A stretch of DNA of 64,000 nucleotides from Selaginella moellendorffii. Lineage: Eukaryota; Plantae; Lycopodiophyta. The stretch lies in the NCBI RefSeq assembly GCF_000143415.4, contig NW_003314275.1, forward strand, positions 687,955 to 751,954. The letters are read 5' to 3'. Below are positions 38,700-50,197 of this stretch, in pieces; positions within the stretch are counted from its first letter, which is position 1, and every line of letters begins with the position of its first letter. The translations under genes and the position numbers were made by a program. Below the pieces are notes generated by a model. It worked only from the letters and a program-made list of their open reading frames with translations, was not told where the DNA came from and searched no databases.

Positions 38700-39620
38700 T
38701 TTGCACCTACAAACTCACTAAGCAAGCAGCTACTTCAGTTTCTGTACAGTATAGTAGCTTTGCTATTGTGAAGCTAAAGGGGTGTAAAGGCAATATGGTT
38801 GGACACAGCTATAGCTTCTTGGGAATTTCGGCCACACACGATGCCTCATGTCGAAAGCCATAGGCTGTAAGAAGTAAAAGTCATCCAAGAAAACAAGCAG
38901 GTTGACACCCACAACAACCCATTGTGGGTCGTACTCAGGATTGCTCCCACGAATGCCATCAAGCTGCTTCACCACCATACCACTTATCACCTTCAAGAGC
39001 CCACTCTGGTTAACCTCTAGTAGTGTCAGCCCCCCATCATGCAGCATAGTGCAACCACCATGATCCTCAGCCCAGAGCGGAAAGGAAACGCATGGCAGTA
39101 AGTGAAGCCGGCCAGCTCCTCCGGCTTTGGAAACACTGGCAAGGCTCGTTTACCTTGCTCAGAGATGTCCACCCCACTCCACTTGCCGCTGCTCTAGTCG
39201 TAGGCCTTGAGCCCGCCATCCCAGAAAACAAACTCACTGGTGAGGCCTCCCATGGGAGGCACATCTCTCGCTAGCCATGCCATCACCTCCTTGAGTGTTG
39301 GTGCTCAAGTCGAAGGTGTGAAGGTGGTGGCGGCCACGCTCACCAACATTTGTGTGGAGGACGTGGACCCAGAACTGGCGCGCACTTGCAACATTGTCTG
39401 GCCGTGTCGGTATGAAAAGTCCTGCTCGGTGTCATCCTCGAGCACTGGCACGGCGGGGAGGATGCGCTGCAGTCCAGTGACCGGGTTGCACACCGTCGCG
39501 TGGAAGCACCAGTCATCGCAGAGGCTGCAGATGAGGCCCAAGGGGGTGTAGTGACGAGGGAGGAGTGTGTTGGACACCACGGCGATCATCCCCTCCAGCA
39601 ATCCCTCTTGCGCACCACGG
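38700..39620 (-). pseudogene. Decayed F-box-associated-type gene fragment
   Basis: GLICSL..ATVCNPVTGLQRILP resembles the GLlC..VCNP.T....LP motif of plant F-box proteins; in-frame stops follow. Confidence 0.5.
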
Positions 39621-40983
39621 CAACCAGCCCCTCCAGCAGTCCCTCTTGCGCAGTACTGCTGGCTGCCCTTGCTGACTTACCTGGTACATATATCAAAAAC
39701 CATTGCGTGCAACTGGTTTTTAGACATAGTTTTTCTAACAAAAACCATGGTCACCTGTGATTGTCCACGTGGCTGAAAATCAGTTCATACTGATCGACCT
39801 TAAGTTTGCATATCGGGTAGACATAGAGCACTTGTACAGTGACAAGAAGGAAGCAGCTGCATCCGATTGTCACAAGCTGCTTCCCTGCTTGCTGGAGTTG
39901 TGGATGGGTTTGCACCTTGAGGATCAGGTGATTGTTGGAATGCTGGGGAAGTGTTGGGCATGTTTGCAAACCACATCGTCTGGATCATGTACTCAGGGAC
40001 AGACAAGGTTCTTCTTGCCGGCAGCTGATGGTTACTTTCCTCTGCTGCAAGTCTAAAGTTTATGTTGTCAGAATAGCGATCTGTGGAAACAAGAGTGTTT
40101 TGGAGGTCTGTAGTGGTCCATGTGGCAGAGGTACTCGCTCAGATCCCTTGCAGGTGACTGGCGTGCCTAGAGTGCTGCCCATTGTCCAATGTGACGAAGC
40201 ATTACCCAAAGTTCAAAGAGCATAGCGGCGCCCCAAGATTATACCTGCTATACAGGCTTGAGCCAAGCCAAGTGTTACTACCAAGTGGGACTCGTGGCAA
40301 AGGTTCGGCATGTTGGTGGTGGAGTGCTCCATGCAAGCCTTGCAGGTCATAGAGCGTAGTAGGTGGCTTCAAGTTTCGCAACAGAGTCACCTAGGAGGTA
40401 AATGGCCCAAGAGCAACACTAAGCGTTTGTGCTCATGGAGTGTAGCAGGTGGCCTCAAATTTCGTGGTGGAGGCACCTGAGAGGCAGACAGCCCAAGAGC
40501 AGCGCCAGGCATTTGTGCTCATGGTTTTGCTAGTTTCTTTAAGAATGTGCTTTCAATGTTGTATTAGCCACTAATGGTCAGTGGAGAAATGTACTTATAT
40601 GTTACATCGTGGCAAAGGTTGGGATATAGAAGCGCACATCCCTCCAATGTTTCACTCTCTTGTTTGCTAGGCCAGGCCAAATTGCTCTCACTGCGCACAG
40701 TAAGGAATGGAATCCATTTTACTCTTGAGTGAAAAGTACATAGTTTTTAAATTTACACTAAGTTTTTCAAACCCCTCAAGTAGTCCCGGATCAATTTCGA
40801 CATGAAGACCTCGATGAAGCCCCATTTACTCTGCACCGTCTTTGTTGCAGATGACATCCCTGGCTTCATATGCCGCTAACGATGGTTGTAGCCAGGCCTC
40901 GCAGGCTTTCGAGAAGATGGCATGGACGTGGTTTCAGGCAAGTGTGTTACCATGGTGTTCTCACAAACTTTTCAAAGCTTTAT

Positions 40984-42110
40984 TTACATTGAGGAACCCT
41001 GCAACCAAGAGCTTGCAATCGCCCAACAATCCATCTCTCTCGCCTGGAGCAGCACATACAAGAGTATGGCACAAACACATCCCACCGCGAGATTGGATCC
41101 CTGCAAGATGGCAATGCAGCAGAGCATCACAAACAAGTCCCTCCTACTAGTTTGATCCCGGCACGCCATCACCAGCTCCACCCCGGAGAAGAGCAGCAAG
41201 ATCCCCAACAGTCCCACTGGAAAAGGTGGGAGAATTCTCACCAGTGAGCCCCCCAAGAGAAGCCCCAGCACAAGCTTGCCACCGCCACCCCACTCGTGGC
41301 TCCGAAACGATACTCCCCGGCCAGTCCTCCAGCGCCATGGCAAACCGGGAGAGCTCCAAACCAGCAGCCCACCAACTTCATGAGCCCTACGCTCACCGAG
41401 ACTTTGGTCGGAGTCACGGCGTCCTTCTTGGCCGGGAAGAGATCGCTCGAGAGCTTGCAAACCGCCACCACCGAATTGCGGATGGTGAGAGGGCCAAACT
41501 GGAGCTCCTTGAGAATGTGTGGCCTCCTCACGAACGCCAGGATGATCCCGAGCAAACACTGCCAAGGCAGTCGGGATCCTCTGGAAAAACTTCACGAGCT
41601 TTGACGATCTCGCTTGATGTTCTTCACGGTGCTCTTCATGATCATCGTGATGACGATCACCTTCACTGTTCGTCGCGAAGTACTCGTAGCCCTCGCCGGA
41701 TCCATTCACCAGCACGATGAATGCGAAGCAAATCACTGCGAGGAGAATTCCATCCAAGCCCAGCCATGGTCGATCACCCATTGCCTTGTCCCTAGAGAGA
41801 TTTTGATCCTTCATCACGTACTTGACAGCCTTGACCGCGAAAGAGAGCCCATTGCCATGAACCACCGGCAATGGCACGATGCAAGCCACGACCCGTGATC
41901 AAGCCCGTGATTCCAAGCACAAACACGATCGCAGACACAGTGATCCCCGCAGCCATGATCTCATCCACACTGAGATGCTTGGATTCGGTGAAGGCGCATC
42001 GACACGCCAAAGAGCACGCGGATGAATGTGCCCAGGTCGCCCAGCGAGCCGCTGAGCTCCTGCCATGGCCGCCTGCACTGGAGATTGCCGCGCAGCCCTG
42101 TGCCATCACT
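40984..42110 (-). pseudogene. MOT1: Molybdate transporter (MOT1/MOT2 family) pseudogene
   Basis: ELSGSLGDLGTF, EIMAAGI, RPWLGLDG, VSVGLMKLVGCWFGALPVCHGAGGLAGEYRFG, FPVGLLGILLLFSGVEL spread over different frames, with internal deletions. Confidence 0.88.
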
Positions 42111-42391
42111 GGGAGAACCACCGCTCCTCCTGCTCGCCCCACTGACCTCCAAGAACCCTAAATTTATATAGTCCAAAAGCTGGCTCTTGTACTGACCATT
42201 GGAAATGAGCAAAGAATTTTCTCTTTAATCATACATGATGATCTGTCAAAAAATATCCTCTTTAATCACGAGCTACACTCACACTAGTTTCAAACAAAAT
42301 TGTTACTATTTGCTAATAGAACATAGGCAAAAGAATTCCTAGAATCTACACTTAGAGCTTGTTCTAGCACAACACCATGAGATCTTTGTCC

Positions 42392-42800
42392 TCAATTTCT
42401 AGACTTTGCTCCCAGCAAGCACATCCAATCCACTGAAACTGGCTTGTAATGCATGCTCCTCACAAGTTCCTCGGCCTCTTCCACACACCCAGCTCGCCCC
42501 AAGCAATCCACCATGCAGCAGTAACCTTTTGGTAGTGGCGAGATGCCCTTCTTGGGCGTGTGCCAAGAACATAATGACCCACAAGTGGCAATCGCGTCGC
42601 TCCATGGAGTCAAACACTGCTCGCGCGCGCTGGATCTTGCCCAGCTTGCCATACCGAAGGATGACGAGATTGGAGAGGTAGCAGCAATCGCCAGGCAGCA
42701 TTTGCTTCTGGGCGATCTCGATCCGGGAATGGGCATCGATTGCCTGCGAGGAATTGGTCGCGGAAGTGATGAGATCCACACACTCGGACTTGGACAGCAT
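42392..42800 (-). pseudogene. PLS-class PPR gene remnant with large internal deletion
   Basis: NLVILRYGKLGKIQRARAVFDSMERRD..W..M..AHAQEGH frameshifted onto YCCMVDCLGRAGCVEEAEELVRSM..P..VDWMCLLGA. Confidence 0.85.
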
Positions 42801-43042
42801 CAGTTTCGCTCAGCCTCTCACGAGATTAGAGAGAAGGGAGAGATTAGGGAAATCCCCTAGCTTGGTTTGTTCATTCTAGTGAGTCAACGCATTGCAAAGA
42901 GCTTTTCTTAGCTACTATAGATAGGAATAGAAATAAAGTGTGTAATTTGTGAACCTTAAAGTGAAATAAAAATGACACTACACACTCATATAAATATGAC
43001 AATGATAGATCACACCCGGTATTCAAGTGGGAACAGTATTTT

Positions 43043-43297
43043 ACACATTGTGGCCATTCAAGGTACATTTGTGCTGTTTCATTTTCAATCGCTTGATGTT
43101 ATCTTTTGTACGTTTGGATGCATTCTCATCCAAGGACAAAGTGAAAGACCTAGTCAACATGTCTCTGGATTCTACTGCAGACATGAGGAAACTAGAAGAG
43201 GATCGAAAGACGTATGCACGTAGAATGTTTGGATGCTAAGAACACGGCAATGTGCAAGTGTTTGGAGCCAAAGCTCAGTGTGAAAAAGAGTAAGTAA
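43043..43297 (+). pseudogene. Frameshifted copy of the last ~260 bp of the CR-type gene
   Basis: Matches the reverse complement of 19812-20073 (HIVAIQGTFVLFH, LDAFSSKDKVKDLV, ending aagagtaagtaa) with small frameshifting deletions. Confidence 0.93.
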
Positions 43298-46085
43298 GAC
43301 TTCATAGTTTGTTCTGTTCACAATCAATCAGAGAATTTTTCTTGACTGCAGAGGCAAAGCAGTGACTGCACCAGCTCAATTCTTTGCCTACATTGTAGCT
43401 TTTGGTCACTTTGCACTTTTGACTGTTCTAGAGCGAGAGAGGACGTGTGTGGCCAGAAGAGAGATGCTCCAGTCTGAAAAAGCTGGTCCTTATGTACAGT
43501 TTGAAAAGTTGGTCCCCACGAGTCCATTGAGGTTATCCTGGAGCTTGCACACGAATAGTTAAAATGGACGAGAGGAGAGAAGTATAATATGCACATAGTT
43601 TATATTTAACTTTTAACTATTCTCTAATTGTATTAATAAGCCAATGGCCCGCTAAGATCGACGGTCCGTGTCCGACCTCTCTAGTGCTTTTGTTTTTCGC
43701 AACTATACAGCTAAAAACCTGTGTGTGGCAAATTCAAGATGACATGCAATTAAAGCTATGATGCAATGGAATGATTATCTTGGTTCAAAAAGAATTCCCA
43801 AGTTTAAAAGACATTAGAACCACATAGTACTCAAAGTTTTGATAGTGTTGTGTGAATCTGATGTGGAGTGATTGTTAAATTCTCTCCCTTTTGTGGTTAA
43901 GCACGAGAGACTGCTCCAATATTGTTGTTCAAGAGCATAGGAGAGCTGGGAGGAAGGCGGCTGCTCTTGAGTTTCAAGGCGGGAGTAGCCTCCTTGTCTC
44001 AATTAGGCTGCTTTGAAGAGATCTGGCGATGGAATCAATCGCGGAGCTGTTGGTTCGGCTTTTCATGGTTTGCAGACTACAGTCTTTCTAGATCTGCTCA
44101 AGTTTGTGTGCCTTTTCATCATGGAGGTACTGCCCATCTGTTTTGCAAGGCTGCCACAGCTCGAATCTGCCTTTGCCCTCACCTATCCTCTCCACTGCTT
44201 TCTTGAGCCAATCTCCGTAGATTTTTCGGCGGCGGCGCAACTTTTCATCCGACCACTCTATAGGTCGGGCTTTCCAGATCGCCAAAAATCGGTCAGTTTC
44301 GACATCGGATGTAGTTGCCTATGCGGATCTGCGCGCAGTGGATGGGCTCACGTTTTTCTCACGGATATGATGAAAATTTCGTTTCTTTCGGGAAAGTAGA
44401 GGCCCTTTGCAAGCATCTATAACGATTTAGCCTTTGTGTGCTTGCCGCAATTACCATCTTTTTTTAGGCGGCATCTGCAGCAGCCTTTTATGGTTTATGT
44501 GCTTTTTGTGACCTTATTCGTGAGGATATGCTGCTGTGAGCATGTGTATACTCTGCTCACTCACACCAACGGCTTTCGGGAGGTTCTTCATACTTTTGCT
44601 TCGGCGACCGCATGTTGCGAGTGGCTAGATTTTCTTCGCGAGGGTGCATCGACGTGATTCTTCTTCATCAGGCTGGGTATTTGGCGCTATAGGGCAAGTC
44701 TATATTGCCTTTATTTGGTCAATTTCGACACCTGCTGTAGAAGTTATGTCACGGACCCTGCCGAGCTGCGTACTGCGCACGGTCTCCTGGATATCTTCTG
44801 GGTCGAGCAACGTTTTCGAAATTTTGACATGTTTTGGTTTCTGCAGATCTGTGTCTTGCATATGTGACCATTTTTGTACGCTTCTGCCGTTGGATGCAGC
44901 TGCTGCTATCAAGTTTGTTTGGGTGGCACCTGCAGTGAGAACATGTCTTCACGGGCTTATCTTCTGATTGGCGCAGCGAATTAGACTGTTTCTGCTTTCA
45001 ACCTGTACTGGGCTTTGATTTGATACTGTGAGCTCGTGTTTCTTTTGGTGAACAAGTACTTAACATGCAACATGGTTTTCACTTCGTTATTGCAATCTGC
45101 TTGTTGCATCATTGGAGGAGGAAAACAGGTGAACTTCAGCAATCTGTTGGTAGCGGCTTGAGGTTACTTCTTCATGTATTCTTCGATTTTGACGTGCGTA
45201 TATGGTACGGTGGTCAGTCAGAGGCGGTATGTGGATTTACATGAAGGATTGGAAGAAGTGTAATGATTTGGAGGCTGCTTTATCAACAAATCAGTTTAAT
45301 AAGGGTGGGTGGGCGGGGAACATGTTTGGGTACCCCAAGAATAAATTAAGAATTCATCTGTTTTATGTTTTTTGTTTTTACAATATATATCCCCATTTTC
45401 TTGATATTGTTCAAAGGATGCAAAGCACAACTTCCAGCCAAATGATACTTGTGAGGGCTTCCAGTAGGTACTTAGTCAAGTGGCTTAATTTTCACTTACA
45501 AATCATGGGGATAGTTTTTGATAATGAGTATATACATGAGCGCCCATAGTTGCCCACCAACTTAGATCGGGGTTAATCCCGTCAAAGTTTATTAATAGCT
45601 CTTGCAAATGCTATCAACTAGCTTGCAAATGTTGTATGTCATCATGCATTTTTAATGCTATTGCAAACAAATAATTAGTTTTTGTCTCAAGATATTTGAA
45701 TATGCTTTTTATATTTGAATCTTCTGCTTTCTTTAAATTTTGAATTTTCATATTATTTAGAACTAAAGATAATATATTTCTTTGTTTTTGGTGATAACTT
45801 TATAAACATGTATAGACTGTCTATAGTATGAAAATACAGTATATATAGAATTTATACAGAAACTATCTTAAAACACTATATTTGTTGTTTTTACAAATTA
45901 GTCTTCTTTACTGGAAACTTTTATTTAAGTTTCAAAATATCATTGACTTATGGATTTTTGGAGTTATGGTAGATATGTTTATCTTGGTTCTAAAAATCTT
46001 TTATAACATAGTAGCTAGAATTTAAAATTTTTAAAATTTTGATTTTAAATTTGCTATCAATTTTAGAACTAGTCTAAATTTTGGT

Positions 46086-49058
46086 TGTGAGGTCCAAATG
46101 TATGGCTACGATGCTATATACTAATATTAGCATAGTGGGATTTTGGTAGCCGTCAGATTGGTTTTAATTCGGACCACTTACAAGCTAAGGTTTTTGGGTT
46201 AATTAATATGCATTTTTCTATATTCCTTTTCCATATTCTATGCATTCACATTGGTGGAGTTAAAAAGCACCTTTGATTGTCCCTCAGGAATGCTTGAATT
46301 TGGGATTTTAATTTAAATTTAGCTTTTGCATTGTCTAGATTTTGTAGCGCATGTGATCATGGGATGAGATTTGGATATATTGTCACCGTGGATCCTTAGA
46401 ACCTTGGGGGATAAATAGGGATAAAATAGCCACTAAGGGCTCTCTCATCAAGCAATCGCCCCTTTTCCAGTTAGCTTAAGGGGAGAGAGATAAAGTGTGC
46501 TACAATTGGTATCAGAGCAAATGGCACGGGTTCGATTCCCATTGATTAATAACTACTTAAAAGTATAATATACCCTTGAGCAAGGTATATTCTTACCCCT
46601 AAATTTGAAATCGTACGTATTGGGCATCCGAGCAAGGTATATTCTTACCCCTAAATTTGAAATCGTACGTATTGAGCATCCATGCGTACATCCTTCCTTT
46701 TGTGTGGAGTATCCACGGATGAAGGTATTCACCGTGGAACTGCGGTACGGGTGGATGATTAGTTGCCTCACATGGAATAGCTGGTCTACACAATGGAAGG
46801 ATTGGTAGATTGAGTGCGGAAATGGAGGTACTGGTTCCCCTTGGCTCACAATGGAAGGATTGGTAGATTGAGTGCGGAAATGGAGGTACTGGTTCCCCTT
46901 GGCTCAGTAGGGGTTGTTAGCCAATAGTCAATGAGGACATTGACATCTCTGAAAGGGGGGTGAGTATAGCGCATGTGATCATGGGATGAGATTTGAATAT
47001 ACTGTCACTGTGGATCCTTGGAACCTTGGGGGATAAATGGGGATAAAATAGCCACTACATCAAGCAATTGCCCCTTTTCTAGTTGGCTTAAGGGGAGAGA
47101 GATAAAGTGTGCTACAGATTTAGCTTTTTCCATTTTCTTTCTTTTGTTCTTTCATTTCAGGATTTTGGTTTAAATCTAACTTTTTGCATTGTCTAGATCT
47201 CCTTTTCCTTCTAGCTTTATTTTATTTCATTTCTCTTCTTTTGCTTTTTCCTTTTCATTCATCTTCATGGTAGATTAGGAATCTCTTCCTTCTTTGACTC
47301 TGGAGCAGTAGTTAATACAATTGTTTGATGCTATACGATTGCAATTGCATAACCAAACTCAATGTTGGCCACAACATTCCTAGCTTGATCCGCTCCGACA
47401 TATTTAGCTCCGTACAAAGCAAGAGGTTTTAGAAACAAAGATTGCCCTTAACGAAGGCGATGCAATTATTGGAAAGTATCATCACAATCATCGGCATGTC
47501 TAAATGCATGTTTAAAGATGTCCGGGAGAACACTCCAATCTCTACTTATGGCTGAACTCAAACCATTGTACCACTATAATGCCGTCCCTTAGAGATACGT
47601 GGGAAACTCATGCAAATGTCAAGCATCATCCCAGGAATGATATGTGGCAATCACCATGAAGTGATCGAAAAAATGGTACACATCATCCCCAAGATTCCTG
47701 GGAAAGAACTCCGGCCAAACGCGAGGATTGGCACCAAGAGCAAGAGGAGTTGTACTATGTGCCGTGAATCAAGATCTTGTCGGACTTATGCATGCATTTG
47801 CTCCAACCACTCTTGACGATGCTCTTCACTTGGCACAATATTATGAGATGTCGCCTCTTCCACTTTTTGCTGCACATCCTTCAACTCCACTTCCTATAAG
47901 TGATGGTCCTGTTCTAATGGAGGTTGATGTTGCTGCTACTCCAGTCCAAGGACAAGGGTGAGGCCATGGTCATGGCCATGATGTTCATTGTTGGGCATGT
48001 GATGAAGTTGGTCACACTTATTAGTGTTGTCAGCATTTTCTAGATTGGCAGTTACCATTTCCTAGGTGGAGACTTTTGCGTCAACAATGTCCTGTTGGTG
48101 CTACTGCAATGGAAGGTCTGGACACTAAAATGCATCTGGTAAACGAGGAATCATGCGAATAACAGAGGGACCTTGCGCAAATAAGTTGGTGACCCCTCCA
48201 TCTTTTTTTCAAGAGTATCATCAAGGGGTTCACTCGGCACTAGTTCATCCAGTGTTTACTTTTCAAGCTCGTTTTTATAACAAGCGATCTCCTATTATTC
48301 TTTCTGTATTGGTTGATATAGGTTCAAATTTATCTTTTATTACTCAGGTTGCCATCTACACTTGCATCATGCGGTGGAGCTAGTTTTCATTCTTTATGGC
48401 AATAGCCATATATATGTATGTGCACGAGATGAGGCAAACTTAGTTGTGCATGTGGGTGATCTTAAGCTTGGGTTGCAATTATTGCGGGTGGTGCCGAATC
48501 AAGCTTTTGACCTCATCCTTTGTATGGATTGATTGCAGCGCAATCATGCCAAGTGTGACTTTGAGGCTTCTCCCCTTTGTCTTATACTTCCTTATATTTC
48601 ATCCATTCCTCTTACTTCCGTACCTCTTCTTCTTTCTTCTTTTACCTCTACTTCCATTACTTTTGTCCCCCCACTACTTCCTTCTATGTTTCCGTCTTGT
48701 TTTGCTCTTCCCTTTTCCAATCCTTCTGACAATCTTTGTGTTGCAGGGGTTGACCGGCTCATGAAAGAGTATTCTGATCTCTTTGAATTTAACCTATTGT
48801 CTGGGGCCAAGATTGCCACATATCATCCGATTCCGACCAAGGATGCTTGTCCAATCAAGGTTTATATTTATCATCGATCACCCAAAGAGATCAAGATTTT
48901 ACATGCAAATGTCAATGAGATGTTGGTAAAGGGTGTTATTTGGAAGTCGCAGAGTACTTAGGCATGTGAACCTCATCTTGTGACGAAGCCTGATGGAAGT
49001 ATCTGTTTTTGCATCAACTATCATCCATTAAATGAAGTGACGATCCTGAATGTGTACC
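46086..49058 (+). mobile_element. Ty3/gypsy element C, 5' half (5' LTR, gag, protease, RT start)
   Basis: LTR 46086-46250 (tgtgagg...ttcaca) then ttggtggag; gag APTTLDDALHLA..PVLMEVD and decayed CWACDEVGH knuckle; protease VLVDIGS; RT KPDGSICFCINYHPLN; 4-bp TSD TGGT shared with 23432-23435. Confidence 0.85.
46343..47116 (+). mobile_element. TRIM family 2, copy 1
   Basis: LTRs 46343-46504 and 46965-47116; PBS tggtatcagagc 46507-46518; PPT gaaagggggg; TSD GATTT. Confidence 0.93.
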
Positions 49059-50192
49059 GAGTATGAGATGGAACCGAGATCAGAACCGAGACCGAGACCA
49101 AGACCGAGTCTGAGTCCGAAACTAAGACCGAGACCAAGTCTGAGTCCAAGTCCGAGTCCGAGTTAGAGTCCGAATACTAATACAGGCTATTGGGTGAAAG
49201 CCCAAAGCTATTGTCCCCCAAGGGGGGGGGGAGGGTTGTGGGGGGTTCCAAAAGTATAGCAAGGAGAGTGTGGAGCCCAGTGGAGCCAGTTTGGCTAGGA
49301 AAGGCCAGTTTGGCCCAAGAAGGCTATACCTAGGTATTGGGTGATGGGTTGACCACTGGGAAATCCAAAGCTAGAGTGAATACAGACCAACAAGTGGGGT
49401 AGCTTGGTGAAGTGTTCAAAAGTTGGCTCTAGTTCTCCCGGGAGATCGAATGGTTGATGCTCTCAGTCCAAGTGTGGGTGGCACTACCTACTTGGATATC
49501 TGGCATGGCTCAATGGAACCTCACTCTAAGCCCATGGCTAAAGCACCCAAAGGCGAAAGGTGGGGAGAGTACCCACAAGACTCGCATAAAGCCACAGTGT
49601 TCCAAAATGTTGTCCCAAAGTCCTAAATTGTGAAAAGGAAGAAGAGCAACACTCTAGTGTAGAGACCAAAGATACAGTCATGTGAGGAGGAAGTCCCAGG
49701 GGACCGTGGGACTTAGTGGTCGGGCCTATGGGCCTTGATCTAGTGGCAGTGTTAGCGAACACGGCCATGAACAGAAAGGGACTTGGTGGGGACCAGAAAA
49801 GGGATATTGGGGAAGGTTATTCCCATGCCTACAGGCATCCTAAGGATGCTAAGGAGTGGATCTAGGATGATCACTTATGAATAGATGGCTCAATCTTTGA
49901 AAGATGGGACTGTGATACAGGTGGTGTTAGACCACCAATATTACCAAGGTGAAGGGGCATGGCCTTAGTGTAATGGGCTGATATGTCAGTGATACCTTGG
50001 GGTGTCGGTCATGGGATCAGACACGTGAAGCACTTGGGCCAAGTGTAAAGGTTGAGTGGCAGGAATGCCATTCTCGGGGCTAACAAACCTAAGTCCGGAA
50101 TAGGACTTATGGAGTTTGTGAGTGAGACTCCTTTAAGTGGTTGGAGGTGTGGTTAAGTGACTAAAGTAGAATGGAAAAATTATTTGTTTATA
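49059..50192 (+). mobile_element. Remainder of the split family-1 solo LTR
   Basis: Colinear with ~16670-17806; followed by ATTTA at 50193-50197. Confidence 0.9.
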
Positions 50193-50197
50193 ATTTA

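Noticed and set aside
43816-45300. Coding-like minus-strand region, possibly LINE-derived
   Set aside because: Multiple stops and no motif I could assign with confidence.
46343-46504. Cassandra-type 5S rRNA segment or a true tRNA gene in the TRIM
   Set aside because: No recognisable 5S sequence in the LTR; only a T-arm-like hairpin and no cloverleaf.
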